64,000 nucleotides of DNA, from assembly GCF_009914755.1 (NCBI RefSeq), contig NC_060936.1; one strand, 5' to 3'. This DNA is from the human T2T-CHM13v2.0 reference genome, Homo sapiens. Below, piece after piece: positions 29,038 through 42,916 of this stretch (the stretch's first letter is position 1; the number at the start of each line of letters is the position of its first letter). The notes beneath the pieces were generated by a model. That model searched no databases. It was not told where the DNA came from and saw nothing but the letters and a program-made list of their open reading frames with translations. The translations under genes and the position numbers were made by a program.

Positions 29038-29811
29038 CTAGTGACCCTCCATGTAGATACCTGCCAGGCCCTTCCTCCTCCTTTTTCCTTGAGTCTTACC
29101 ATCTGTGCTCGTTCTCCCAGGCTCTGAACTCATGAAACGCTGTTTAGGATGAGCATGCAAAGAATTACAGAATCATGGGGCTGGTAAGCACCCCAACCTC
29201 CCAGACACACAGTTCCATGAAAACAAACTCTGAGGCAGTAAAAGAAGCCAAGGAACCACATTTTGTTGCCTGATTTCCATTAAGCCCCATTGATTCCATT
29301 TTTGAGCAAGGGGCTCCATGCTTTTTAATGGTAGGTTTTCCAGTGTGTCTCCTGAGTTTATCTTGAGTTCATGACTTTGAGGCTCAATCCTGACAAAAAG
29401 GATGAACTCTCTAACACAGTGGTCTGCAGAAGAATACACTGCTTTGCAGAGAGTGAGTTTTTCATCCCTGGGGGTGATCAAGTGGAAATGCAGATTGGAG
29501 GGGGATTGAAATAAGTAAACTATTGCTATCTTAGAATGTATACTTCTGAGTTACAAGGAAGGGACTTTAGGATAATTCCCCATGCCCTAGTGGTCCCTAA
29601 CCAACTCCATCTTGCAACCTGTGGCTTTCTATGCAAAGTTCTACATGCACAGGAGCTGAGCCATTCCCAGGATACCAAGACACCCATGTTTTCCAGTTGC
29701 TTCCTTCCCATGGCACTTCCAGAGAAAGTCCCCACCAAGGCTCTTGGGCACTTGCCCAACTTCCCTCGGGGTCACACTCTGTCCAGAGAGATGGAAATGC
29801 TTGCTCTTTAC

Positions 29812-29913
29812 CGTGGCAAGCTGCTCTCCGAGGCCCCGGGGGACTTCCCGCTCCTTCTCGTTGTCAAGCTTATTACCCAGCAGAAGAACAGGCACCCGGT
29901 CTCCCACAGCTTC
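29812..29913 (-). CDS. CRACR2A: CRACR2A exon, Rab G4 ([34 protein letters not shown])
   Basis: CAG acceptor, GTAAAG donor, 102 nt, NKxD motif. Confidence 0.97.
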
Positions 29914-31951
29914 CTGCAGAACAGAAAATGTTTTCAACTGAGAGGGGTGTCATAGGATTGCCCAGAGGGCAGGCTAACAATGCCGGCTGGACAGATGGGA
30001 CCTCGCTTGAGAATCCCCTGCTGCCATAAAAGGTGAGGCCGTAACAGAGTCATCCTGAAAGCATAAAACAGCCGCCTTCTCCAAGAGCCTCAGTTTATCA
30101 TGCTTTTGCAAGGTGCCTGAGGCCTGCCTGTGGTGTCTCCTATCCCTGTGTGTGCAATGACCGCTCCCCCTTCACGATGCTCCTTGGATCTTAGATGGAA
30201 CAGCAGGCCCCCCAAGGTGTGCTGGATGAGGGGACAGTTGATGCCAACAGGCTGCATGCCTCCTTCCAGAGCTTACAGCACCCTGAGGGCGTGCCTAATT
30301 GGCCAGGCTTAGTCCGATGGACCAAGGCCATGAATGCCCCATGGTTTGGAGTTGTTCTGGAGGCTGCTTTGATTAGAAACTGCATCACTAGAGGCCTCCT
30401 GATTGCACATAAGCTTCTGAGGGTTGGATCCAAATCTGCCTCATGGTCTTGCGCCCACAAGGCTCCATAAATGACTGCCATGTGCCTTGCTGGAGGCTGG
30501 CACCACAGACCCCTGTCACTGGGCGCTTTGGCTCTGAAGAAAGCCCTGTGTAAGAAGGAACACTGTGGCCATAGCAGCTGCACTGCTTGGGCCAGAAGTC
30601 ACAGGTTTATTCAAGGTATCACATTGTTTACTTCCCCAATGGCTGTGGCTTACCAGCCAGGGGCCTGCTTCCCGGGTCTCCACCTCCTCCCTGGTGAAAG
30701 GGGCACCGTGTGTGTCTCTCCTGAGGGCGCCCAAAGGGCCCGGGACCACCGACTGCCATTCAGTGAGTAAATGTGGTAATGTGCACATTGAAGAAGGTTG
30801 TTATTTTTACTTAAATATTTAATTAGGGGCTTTTAATCATAATTTAGTAACAAATAGTTATTCATTGTAGCTAAATGTTTTACTAAATAGAGGGACCTGT
30901 GGGATAACAGAAGCTAATAAGCAGTTACAGTTTTGCCAATACTTTAGCTGTTTTACTTGAGCATTTCAAATAAATGTCCAAAGTCCATCTTACAGATATA
31001 CCAATTTTAAATTTAAATGCTATTATGTTTGAAATTAAGCCTCAATGTTTCCTTAATCTGTGCATTCGTTTTTACTGCCATTTAATAGGGGAAAAAAATT
31101 CTTATTTAACAAATGAGAAAGTTAAGGCTCAGAGAATCAAAAAGAACATTCAACACCATAAGCACTGAATTATGAGAACTCTTTAGTATATGGGTCCTCA
31201 CTTCTCCAACCTTTTCCTCTAGATTCTTATTTCCAATCAAGTCTCTGCTACTTAGTGTCTTATTAACTGGAACCCTCTAAAAATGGTATCTATTGGTCAG
31301 ATGGTAACTTGTGTTTGCAATGATGACTCAAAGGCGCTACAAGATCTTACAGTGTCTTCTGACCCATCAAAAATAGATTAAATTCTGGACACTGCAGTTG
31401 ATGTCCTAAGTGGATTGTACATATTCCAACTACTTGAAAGTGAGAAAGCCACTGATGGCATATATGGAACCCTGTGGCCCCCTATTAGCTAGAGCGTTCA
31501 CTAATGGGAACACCCCCTCCTCTGACCGTGCTGTGCCACGGGATACTTGTGCGAAGAGCTTTTCACGGAAAGGGAAGAAAGGAGGAGGAAGCAGGGAAAT
31601 GGGCCAAGCGGCTTGCTGTTTAGAGCACATGGGAGAGAGATATTTGTAGATTTATGTGTGAGGAATGATTAAGGCTTGTGGGATTTCTTGACATGGAAAC
31701 TCTGAAAATATGAGCATCAGACTTGAAATCCCAGGGCAGAATTCTACCCCAGGTTTTGGTATTATTTGGAATGGGCACTGGCTTCTGTTTCCTCGCTTGC
31801 AGAGGGGATGATGGATACTGAATGACCCAATAGGATGGGGTAGGGAATGGGTCATAAGCCCAACATCTGGGTCCTATGCACCATAAACAGCAATGGTGCC
31901 TCTTGCGTCCTGGGAAAAGAAAGGGCAGGTTTCTTCTTTTTTTTTTTTTTT

Positions 31952-32187
31952 GGGAGGCCGAGGTGGGTGGATCATGAGGTCAGGAGTTCAAGACCAGCCT
32001 GGCCAAGATGGTGAAACCCTGTCTCTACTAAAAATACAAAATTTAGCCAGGTGTGGTGGTGGGCACCTGTAGTCCCAGCTACTTGGGAGGCTGAGGCAGA
32101 GAATTGCTTCAACCTGGGAGGCGGAGCTTGCAGTGAGCCAAGATTGTGCCACTGCACTCCAGCCTCAGTGACAGAGAGAGACTCTGT

Positions 32188-32240
<53 letters not shown>
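31952..32240 (+). mobile_element. 5'-truncated AluS(g-like) with 52-nt pure A tail
   Basis: Starts GGGAGGCCGAGG after a T15 run; A-run 32189-32240. Confidence 0.93.
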
Positions 32241-32242
<2 letters not shown>

Positions 32243-35200
32243 AAAGCAATTCCTGGATATAAAAATAAAGGAGCTTAGAAGGAGCAGAAAAAAAAAATTT
32301 AAAAGCAAAGCACTCAGCAGGAGCTGCGGTTTCTGTTCTTTGTATTGTTCCTCTCTTACACAGCCACTCTGGACAACTGGCTTCCCTGCAGGGACCCTGG
32401 CCTGCCACCGATAAAGGAGAAACAGACTCATCTCCAAATATTTGGCAAAAATAAATGAGAATACCCATAAGACCAGGGAGTGTGCTAACTATCACAGTCA
32501 GTCACCATCACCCTGGCCCAAGGTCATCAGTCTCTGGCACAGGGGCAGGGAGAGGAGCTGGTATTGGGGTAGGTGTCTCATGGTCCTCTCTGACTTTGAC
32601 CCCAAAAGTCTGGAACTATCTGTCTAAACTTTACACCTTTCTCATACCTAACTAGGTTTTCAGCCTGCATACCACTCAGCACAAGATGTTCAAAATTACC
32701 TCCTAGATGAAGCAACACCTCCTTCAAGCCCCTAGGGCTTTGGTGAACAGGTCTCAGGTCTACTCAAACTCTGTTGTCTTGAGACTGTGAGAGATGTTGG
32801 TAAAAATCCCATCAGCATGACAGGTTGGAGTGAAGTCATCTTAGCTCCTTCATCAGGCACACAATCTCTCTTTAGGAGATGTGGGTTCTGCCCTAGCTCT
32901 GTCACCATCTCTCCATGTGACTCATCTGAGTCTCTCCTCTTTTCTGTGTCTCTCTGTTCCAAAGCCAGGTTCTGTTCTATGACCCTCTAACAGAGAGCCT
33001 TCCCTCCACCTTCAGTTATTTCAGCTGCCTTTCTGTGAACTTGAGCTTGTTGGAAGACAGACTTGTTGAAATTCAAAAGATCACCCATCTCTGACTTTAA
33101 ATAACAAGAGCTGTCAACTTGGAGCAGTGGATTGGCATTCAGCTCAGAATGTGCAGCTGCTGGGTTTGGTTGGTTGTTGCCTATGTGCATGTGTGTGTGT
33201 GTGTGTGCGTGCGTTTTAATATCTATTTGCTAGGAGGCATGAAAAAGCACTTAGCTGGGATAGTGCTGCTATTTCTCTGGAGCTAGAGCAAAAATTTTTT
33301 CAGCACATTAAAGCATGCAGTTATGCTAAGAAAAAAAATGCCTGCAAAATTATATCTTGGGGGTTTCCATATTTATCCATCCCCTGGACTATGAGTCAAA
33401 ACAAGATTTATTTGTGTGGTTCATTTTAAACTGCCAGCACTTCAAGCTCAACTTGGAACGTGGAGAAAAAAAAATCAAACTGCTATTTTTTGCACCATGC
33501 TGTACATTGTCACCAATGACAAAGATCGCAGAATGAGGTTTAGCTAGCAGCCCAGGAAGGGAGAGGGAAGTGGGCCAGGACCCCTTGAGCTGAAGAACTG
33601 TTCTGCTTTGAGAGAGAAGCAAGAAGGACTGAAAAGTAAATGAACACCTGCTTTTCAGGAGCAGATTTCAGCCATGGACCACAGGACAAGAGAGAAGCAG
33701 TGCAGTGTGGCAAAGCCCTCGCTTCTAGATCGGGTGGTGCTGCTGACAAGTGTGGGCGCCTTTGGGAAAGTCACTTCCTCTTTTTGGATCATAGTTTTTC
33801 TTACTTATAAAACAAGAGGTTGCATTAGATTAATCTCCACGTTTTTTTCCAGCTCGGAAACACTGGTCTATTCGGCTTAACTCCGCCAATTCTATTTCAC
33901 TTCCTCGACTCACATGCCCAGGAATCTAGTGCCATCAGAACGACAAGAGGCTCTAAACAAGAAGCTCAGCATCCCAGGACTGCAGACACTGGGGGCCAGC
34001 AATCCGGCTCTGGGGGAAATACCAGCCCATACAGGCTTGTACAGGCTGGCGTTCTAATTTCTATTTTCTCTACCCGACACAGGCCCCAGAGTCTTCTGAT
34101 GTCCAGTTTGTCCCATGGCCACACGTGGGGCCTTAGAGCCTGACTAGTTTCTTTTCCAGATTGGAATGGTTAAACCAATTCTACCCAATTGAGATAAGAA
34201 ATTGGGGGTGGGTTGGAAATGCCGAGTTGGCCGAAAGACTGCCTGCGGTGACTTCCTATAAGGCACTCAGGAGAATCGGCACAGAGGGCATCTGCTGGGC
34301 CTCTTCTGCAGAAGGCCTGCAGGCAAGGTAAAGTTGCCTAGACTGGGTGAAATAGCAGAACAAGGGCAAGGCCACAGTCTTCCCATCTCATCAAGCAGTG
34401 CTGGTGCTCTCTTGCACCAAAGGATTTTGGTTCCCTCTGGGCTGGAAGGACCCTCCAGAATCTCCTCATCCACACACATTCCTGCTCCGTCTTGGCCTCC
34501 CAGAGAGATAGTCAAATGCCATCATACACTGTAGAAATTTAGGGGCCAGGAGGGAGCATTTGGTCTGCTGCCTTGTTGAATGATTGGCCAAAGTTTCATG
34601 GCCAGGAAGTGATCAAGATGGGATAGTAAGAACTTCCTTTCAGGGAACTCCACTACCTCCCCCGAGCATCTGTTCCCACCCCACACAACCTCTTCCAAGA
34701 GTCTTTCCCATGCAGGCATGTACAGCAACTGAAGCCCTTTTTTCTTGTATGCTTTTCAGGTTGAGGGAGGAAGGGGGACTGTGAACAGCTGGCCACCATT
34801 CACTTACTAATAAGGCTTCAGAACCTTGAAGACTGTTATTAAAGCTCCCCCTCCACCCTCCCTTCTCCAGGCGAGGGAGTTGGTAAAGTGCTCAGAGCTC
34901 TTTGGAAAAATAAGGTGCTCCACAAATATAAGGTACTTATTATTTTCAGTTCCCCTCAGATCAAATTAGGTGTCAAGTTTTAATCTATCACCTGACACCT
35001 CTGATTGCTGGTTGCCAAGGCAGAATGACTTAGCTTTTCAAGAATCTAGAGAATAATTGCATTTATGATGCCACCGTTCCACACCTTCAACACACACTCT
35101 GCCATTTGACACAGCCTCCTGCACTTGTTTCTGAAACTCTGTGCTGCTGAACTGAACGCATTGCCTGGTCTATCATACTGAGTCCCAGAGCTCCTAGTGT

Positions 35201-35274
35201 GTGCTGGACATGCCGCAGATGTGTAGTAAAACCTTGGTGAGGGGTCACAGGCATCTTCGGAAATGACTTAGAGC

Positions 35275-35437
35275 TCTTCTACTCACAGGGTCATCCCTGG
35301 ACCACCAGCATCAGCCTCACATGAGAACTTGCTAGAAACACAGAATCTCAGACCCCAGTCCCGACCTGCTGAAGCAGAGACTGCATTTTAAGAAGTTCCC
35401 CAGGAGAGTCCTATATATGTTAGGGTTCAAGGAGCGC
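35275..35437. mobile_element. MER5A-like hAT-Charlie DNA transposon
   Basis: GGACCACCAGCATCAGCCTCAC…CTTGCTAGAAACACAGAATCTCAGACCCC…TGCATTTTAA. Confidence 0.7.
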
Positions 35438-37994
35438 TTGTTTAGCCGGGAACAGTGGTGGCTGAGAATCAAAATTCCCTGGGGAGCTGTTCGTTTTATT
35501 TTTTATTTGCAGGCTCTGAACCACTCTGGGAGAGAAGGCCCTGGCCCCTGGCCTCTGTTCCCTTTAAAAGCTCCACGTGTGATCCTGATGTTCACCCAGG
35601 TTTAGAATAATCAATTAGAGCTTAAATGTACCTTTGGCTAATATCTTAAAAAAAAGGAAAAACTCAAACTAGAAATCATATAGAAAAGCCCTGTTTACAC
35701 ATAAGCAATTCTGATTTAACTATGTATAGATTTGCCATCTCAGCCAGGCTTCCCGAGCCCACAGACACACCAAGGCTTCCGTGGGCCTCTTAGCAGCCAC
35801 ACGCCGCTGATGATTTCAGCCCCGTCCCACAAAGCAACGTCTCTGGAGGATGACTAAACTGATGCTTCAAGCTGTGATGATGGTCTTCTGAGATGTCTTC
35901 ACCTCCACCACCAAACTGTTCCACCTCTTCTTCTAGATCCCAGGCTCTGTGCAAAACAGGAGCCTTAGAAACGACACCCCCTAATGACAGCAGAGAGCGT
36001 AGTTCCCCAAATTTGTCACCATCCATTCCCATTAATCCCAGACCACCTGGAGGCTTAGCCCTAGCACACACCAAAATTTAGATACTGGGGGACAACTAAA
36101 TGTCTGTGAAAAGGACAGGTGACCCTGGAGAAGTTAGGCCTTCCCTTTCTTCACTTTTGAATGAGATGGCCATACTAGATGGGAGATTTTCAAAGGGAAA
36201 CTCTTTTGTCTAACAAAATTGTAGCTGACCTCCAATATGCTGAAAAAGGCAAGGCAGCTCTGACGGAGATGGGGGATGAGGGACCTGGATCCGTGACCAC
36301 TAAACCTTCCCTTGCCGCTCCCCAATCTCTGGGGAATGTCAGTCTGATTCCAGGGCTCCAAGGAAGAGAGTCTGGAAACCCCTGGATTAGGTAATCCCTA
36401 ACATCCCTCCTGGTGCTTAACTTCTGCAAAGAAGATAAATCTGCTTGGTGCTGCCAACAACAACAACAAAAGTAAAAAAAAGAACAGAAGAGAAAGATCG
36501 TGTCGTAAACTCCAAAGTTTAGAAAGGAATTACTGCTGGATTCACCCATACCATTTGCTTCCATTATTAGTTTGGTGTACAGGCAATCTACTACCTACAT
36601 TTCAAAACTTGCATTTTCTCATTTGTAAGTGCGTCAGGCACAGTAATTTTGAGAAATAACAGGTAGTAGGCAAATTCTTGAGAAACCCTTGAATCTGGCT
36701 TCCATTTTATTCCTTATTTTTCTTGGTAATCAGAAGGATGCAGATTAACAAAAGACAGACGGGTGACCCAGACATGCAAAACTACAGAGAAACAGATTTG
36801 GGTGAAAGGGATCATGGATCTTAGGGCCAAAAGGGTCAAAGAAATGGACAACTCCAAGAGTCTGCCTTCATAGCAATGTGGTATCCATTCATTCATCCAG
36901 GAGTTGTTGGTCTCATGCAAAGCATCCAGGTTATAGCAACGAAGATGCAGCTTCTGTTCTTAGGCAGCACGGAGTCCAGTGGGAGACACAGGCCAGTAAA
37001 TAAGCAATTTGTAGCAGCATGATAAATATGTGATGGGATATGCAAGGTTTTATGGGCTTGGAGCAGAGAGCTGAACATAAGCTTCATGAGGGCAGGAGCT
37101 TTGTCTCTTTTATTCACTGCTAGGATTCCCAGGCTCTAGAATAGTGCCTGCCGGTGTTTTGAACAAATACGTGAACAAACCATGAATCCTGCTGGTGGAA
37201 GGGGCGGGACATCCTGCTTGGCTGTTCTGTGAAGGAATCAGCCGAGGCCTGGCAAAAAGCAATTTGTAGCTTGTCCACACTGGCAGTGGCCTTGAGAAGC
37301 CTGCACTGGGGTGGTGGAAACACTAATGAAAAAAGCATGTACAAAACGACATACTGCAAGTAGGAATCATAAACATAGAGTCTCCCAGATAATTCAGAAT
37401 GCAAAGATAACACAGTTGCTCTTGGGCCCTGCCAAGACTCTTGATTTTGAGGTGAGCCTGGAGCCCTCACATTCTGGATCAACCTCCCCTTGTGTGAAGA
37501 GCTGTGACAGAGGCCCCCAAACATTGCATGGTGTGGCTCCCGGGCAGGGCATAGCTGGGCCTACTGGAGCTGGAAAGACTCAGGGGATGGGGAGAGACGC
37601 TGGTGAGAATGAGGGAAGAATCTGGTTGTGACTCAAACACTGATTTCTCCAGGACCCTTCCTTGACACTCCACTGTGTCCCCTCCCCCAATCCAGTCCCA
37701 CTCAATCATGGCCCAGCAATGACACAGCTACTGGCATAATCTGGATTTTCAGTGTCCCTCTCTCCATGAGGGCAGGGACTGTGTCTGTCTTGTTCACTTC
37801 TGGGTCCCCAGGAACTGGCCTGGTACTGGGAACCCAGACGAACAGAGGAACACATGCCTGCATCAGTTTGTTCCTGGAAAAGGCAAGTTCCGAATCAGAT
37901 TTTGAAAATGCAGAGGCCCACGTGGGAGATGGACAGAGAAGAAAAAAGAAGCCACAGTCAAGCCTAAATGCTCCTAGGAAGGTCGCCAGCTCAC

Positions 37995-38109
37995 CTCCAC
38001 GCTGCTCAGCCACCGCCGGACCGACAGGAACGACTGCTTGTCTGTGAGATCGTACATGACGATGACACCATCTGCCTTTCTGAAGAACTGCTGGGTGATG
38101 CACCGGTAC
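37995..38109 (-). CDS. CRACR2A: CRACR2A exon, switch II/RabF ([38 protein letters not shown])
   Basis: CAG acceptor at 38110-38112, GTGAG donor, 115 nt. Confidence 0.97.
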
Positions 38110-38183
38110 CTGCCACAGAAGGGCCACGGGTCAGGCACGCACGGCCTTCCCTCTGGAGCCCAGAACTTCGGGCAGCTCCTCAC

Positions 38184-38265
38184 CTCTCCTGCCCAGCCGT
38201 GTCCCACAGCTGCAGGGCCACCTGAGAGTTGTCCACATTCAACGTCTTCACACGGTAATCAATGC
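38184..38265 (-). CDS. CRACR2A: CRACR2A exon, Rab G3 ([28 protein letters not shown])
   Basis: 82 nt, CAG/GTGAG boundaries, WDTAGQE motif; absent from the ORF track but readable on the minus strand. Confidence 0.97.
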
Positions 38266-38550
38266 CTGCAGGGTGAAATGGGCCTGTCAGGGCTGCCCTG
38301 GGCCAGGGGCACCTCACTTCCAAATCAGGAAACAATGCTTCCAACATCTGAAATCACATCAGGCCCAAGGTGACAACCCTCCATGTGCAGCTCGTGGGAG
38401 GCAAAATGGAGAAAAGAACAGAGCACTGGATGGGGAGGCATGGGACCTCAGCTCTGGTCCTGTCTCTGCCACTTATTAGCTGTGGAACATTGATCAAATC
38501 ACTTAACCACTCTGAACTGTGGGCTCTTCACTGTAATACAAGCCATACAC

Positions 38551-38817
38551 TCTTTCTTTCCCTCCCTCCCTCCCTCCCTCTCTCCTTCCCTCCCTCTCTC
38601 CTTCCCTCTCTCTCTCTTTCCCTCCCTCTCTCCCTCTCTCCTTCCCTCCCTCTCTCCTTCCCTCTCTCTTTCCCTCCCTCCCTCCCTTCCTTCACCCTTC
38701 CTCCCTCCCTCTCCCCCAACTCTCTCTTTCTTTCTCTCTTTCTTTCTCTCTCTCTCTTTCTCTCTTCCTCTCTTCCTTCCTTTCTCTCTTTCTTTCTTTC
38801 TTTCTTTCCTTCTTTCC
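38551..38817. repeat. CT-rich polypyrimidine low-complexity tract
   Basis: (CCCT)n/(CTTT)n mosaic of ~270 bp. Confidence 0.95.
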
Positions 38818-41800
38818 TAAAATTCTTTCAGAGGCCCCCTAGTAAAATTCAAATGTCCTAGGGGTATGGCCTCCATCAACCAATCCAAAGGTATGTGGAG
38901 GAGGAGGAAGAAGAGGGAGAGGAGGAGGAATAGGAGGAGGAGGGTAGGAACTGGCAGGTAGAGGAAAGGACAGAACAGAAGGGGTAAGAGAAAAAATCAC
39001 AGGCAACTTTCACCCTTGAGATGGATTAGAGCTCCTAATCCTACCACTGGGCTGTTCACAACCATCTCTCCAGGGGTGTGACCCTACCTGGGGTCCTCAA
39101 CCCCAGAGAGAGGGGGCAAGGTCAGTGAAGTGCATTCTGCATCCCACAGCAGCCCTCATAGGTCAGGACCTCAACACAGGTGTTTTGATACAGGTATTCC
39201 CCACTCCTGCATCCTGTAAGAATGTTTGCAAAGGCATAAAGAGGTTCGAAAGTACATCCCCCCACCACCACCATAAGTTCCAGATCTTAGAACTTTAGGG
39301 CATCTCCCGCAACCTTCAGAAAGGCCTCTGGAGGGCTCAGGAAGACAAACAGCAACAGCAGCTTGGACAGATAGAGACAGAAGAGACCAAACAGATAACA
39401 AAGAGGCAGTAAATGGAAACGGTCATCCCAGCCACTGCCGCTGGGCAAAGGCTAGTGCATTAAGACCCACGAGTGAGGAGACGTGGGAGGACCATCCACT
39501 TCCAGAGTGTCAGGGGCAGCAGGGAGTCTAGAGGCCCTCTGCTTCACAGATGAGGGTCAGAGAGGAGTGCAATCGTCTGCGCTGAGAAAGTGATTTCTCC
39601 CATTAATAGAATGCTTTCTATTTCCAGCATTTCTATGTGCTCCCTCTTCACCTTCACAGAGTCCCACTGTGACATCCATGTGAGTTATCTGCACACACAT
39701 GCACACACATGCATATGTACTCATACATACACGTTCACACACACACCGAGAGATGAAGCAGGAGTCACGAGCCGTCGTGCCTTGCCCGAGCTGGTCGGTA
39801 GCAAGGTGAGCTGCAATCCCAGCTCTGAGGCTCACTGCTCCTCCTGTAGCCAGACTCAGGGCACAGGACACAGGCAGCTTTGTTTCACCTAGAAGGCCCA
39901 GGGCTAAGTGCTCCCAGCAAAACAGATTACAGTGGCTGGGAGGTGAATCCAAGGGTGAGTTTTCTTCCTGGCTAGAAGTGGAGGGGCTGTCCCGGTCTGT
40001 GCTCTGGGAGACAGAAGGGGCTGCCTGCTTTCTGGTAACAACTCAGGGGAAAGGCATCCATGGTCATACAGCTTCAGGGCCAGATCCGAAACCAGCCAGT
40101 GCTGCCCGAGGACAGAGGCCTCTGCCTGCTGGTAAGGCTTGCAGGTAGACGGGCAGGGAGTTTGCTGGGGCAGCTGGGTCCTGGCTGCCCTCAGCTCCTG
40201 GTGCTTTGCTGGAGGACAGGCAGCTGCCTCTGGCAGGGAGTGAGACGGGCAAAAGAGTGTGCTGGAAAAATGTTCTGTGCTGTGGTGAGCTTGGTGAGAC
40301 TCCCTGCTGGACACGCGACGTGTTTCTCTCTGCAGCCTCAGACAGGCAGGCCGAGGAAGCAGATAAACAGGCTCTTGGGGGCTGGGTGTGAAGGACACAA
40401 GGAAAAGACAGGGGGGGGGGATGAAGAGGTGGCGTGTGCAAACATGAAGCCAGAGAACACAAGTCCAACGGGATAGACAACACGGAACAACTGGGGACCA
40501 GAGGGCCTGGATGAAACTGATTTTAAGACTACCACCAGTTCTGAAATCCCAGGAGTCAGGAGACCCGTGTTGTGCGTTCCTGTCTCAGCTCTGCCACTGA
40601 CCAGCAACGTGACCTTGATGGCATTGCTGCAGCTCATTTTGGGGGGTTCTCTCTCCTCATCGGTAGACGGCAGTGAGATGGAGGTATGACGGGATGAAGG
40701 GGCTAAGTTGGATGCTGACAATCTTTAAGTGCAGCTGGAGCATTCGACCCTCACATCGAGGTGACCCTTGATTGCAAATGAATTGCTTCCCGAAGGATGG
40801 CTCAAGTCAGGAGCCTCCTGGCACCTTGAAAGGTGCTGTGGAGATGGTGTGGGTTAGCGCTGGGCTGACGGTTGCCAGGAGGGTGACCTTAACCTTTCTC
40901 GAGGTGACAGCCCTGAGCTGTCATAAGGCAGGAGTGATGGGGAGCAGGGGCAGCAAGTTGCTCTGGAGAAATATCCTAGGGGGCTGCTGCAGGGATTTCT
41001 CTGTACAGATGTGCAGTGGGACAGAACCTGGACCGGTGGCCAAGAAAGGGCAGGGGCATTCTTCCAGAAACAGCTTCTGGAAGAAACACCTTGGATTCTG
41101 GCCTGTGATTTAACACAGGGAGGTTGTGAACCAAAGTGGAGAAGTGGGAAGAATGCTGGACTCGGAGTCCTGGGTTTCAGGGAGATCCTCTATTGTGGAT
41201 CTCAATTTTCTCACTTAAACATGAGAGGATGTAATTAGACCATTCCCAAGGTTCCTTCCAAACCTCGCATTCTGCTAAAACCATCCGTGCTGCCTCCAGG
41301 ATGCCCGCAGGGCTCAAGCACCTGCTCTTGAAGGAGCAGGCTGGGCCCTAGGTGGGGCAGGCAGGACGCCCCAGTCACCAGTTGCACTGGAGCAACTGGC
41401 ATTTCACACAAGCCACTGGTGCAGTACAAAACATGCTCTTATGAGGGAGTGGGAGACCAGGAAGTTGGAGGACCCCTCGGAGGATGGAGGTGAGCTGGAA
41501 GAACAACCAAAGCCCTGCCACTGTGCTGTAGCCGCTGCCCTTGACAGGAGATGGGCTGGAGCCCTGTTCTGGGGTTGGATAGCTTTGGCCCGAGAGGCTG
41601 TGACTCTGTGGCTGTTATATCTCTTTAAAGGGGGCAGCCTGCAGGTGGCTGGTGTGACATCTGCTTCCTGACATGTGTCCCAGAGCAGGGCCTGCAGTGT
41701 GGCAGGGAAACTAATTTGAGCTGCTGCTCGAGCATGTGTGGAGTGGTGTGATGAAGGGCATCCTGATTTGGAACTTTTGATATTTTTTCCCCTTCCTAAA

Positions 41801-42515
41801 TTGGAGGGTGTTTCCATAATTGGCCTCCTGGGAAGTGCAAATGAGTCTGATTTTCTATTTTTCAGAGCCTACCATCTCAGGGCCACAAGTCGAAAATGTA
41901 AACGGATCCTGATTTTGTTGTCAGGAGAGGCAGGCCACATGCACACTGCTCAGGGCACATGGCTCTGAGGCCTGCAGGCTGGGCACCCTCTCCCTGCCTC
42001 CCCCAGACCTGTGCCAGAGCCGAGACTGTAGGGCCTCCCCCATGGAATGCCCTCCGGGAGGGCAAGTCGACCTCCCAGGCGCTGTCTCCTGTGTTACCAC
42101 GCTCAGCACACTCCCAGCTGCCCCTCCCTCAAGGCCAGACAAGGCCAGGCTCTTCTGAGCTTGGTTTGCAGGCTCTGCGCTTCTTCCCATCTGGGTCCCA
42201 ATTTTTGTCTTGGGATGCTCTCAGTCTCTGGGTGAAGTTGAGCAGAAGGAAAGGCATGGGAAGATATTCCAGGTGTGATAACAGTGTAAGAAAAGGCCCA
42301 GCAGTAAGGATGGGACACCTGAAGCACCTAGGCAGGGACCCCTCTCTGGGAGAAATGTTAGAAGGGCCAGTTTAGGGTAGGAGAAAGAAAATGGAGTCTC
42401 CCCAGGCAGGACTCTGGACCACTCAAAGTTGGTCTTGTAGAACCAGCTTGTCACACAGCCAAAGGTTGAAGATGGTTGAGTCAGAGACCCAGGCTTGGAG
42501 GCAGTCTTAGGGTGC

Positions 42516-42916
42516 TGACGTAGTTTGGATTTGTATCCCCACCCAGACCTCATGCTCAATTATAATCCCCAGTGTTGGAGGTGGGGCCTGGAGGGAGGTG
42601 ACTGGATCATGGGGGTGGATCCTTCATGAATGGTTTAGCACCTTCCCTTTGGTGCTGTCCTCATGAAGGAGTTCTCACGAGATCTGGTTGTTTAGAAGTT
42701 TGTAGTACCTCCCCTGTCCTCTCTTCCTCCTGCTCTGGCCATGTAAGATGTGCCTGCTTTCCCTTTACCTTCCGCCATAACTGTAAGTTTCCCAAGGCCT
42801 CCCCAGCCATGCTTCCTGTACAGCCTGCAGAACCATGAGCCAATTAAACCTCTTTTCTTTATAAATTACCCAGTCTCAGGTATTTCTTTATAGCAGTGCA
42901 AGAATAGACTAATACA
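42516..42916 (+). mobile_element. Solo LTR, ERVL-MaLR MST(A/B) family
   Basis: TG...CA ends (TGACGTAGTTTGG…ACTAATACA), CCAATTAAACCTCTTTTCTTTATAAATTACCCAGTCTCAGGTATT signature, 5-bp TSD GGTGC/GGTAC. Confidence 0.9.

Noticed and set aside
31972-32495. Poly-Phe/poly-Lys and other Alu-derived ORFs
   Set aside because: Translations of the Alu body and A tail; the same applies at 45969, 46316, 51620-51963 and 52783-53233.
38370-38861. Ser/Leu/Pro/Phe-rich 163-aa ORF
   Set aside because: Translation of a MIR remnant plus a CT microsatellite; likewise 54257-54673 (TA repeat) and 60173-60538 (GA repeat).
42599-42609. DUX4 site in the MST LTR
   Set aside because: TGACTGGATCA departs from the TAAYBBAATCA consensus.
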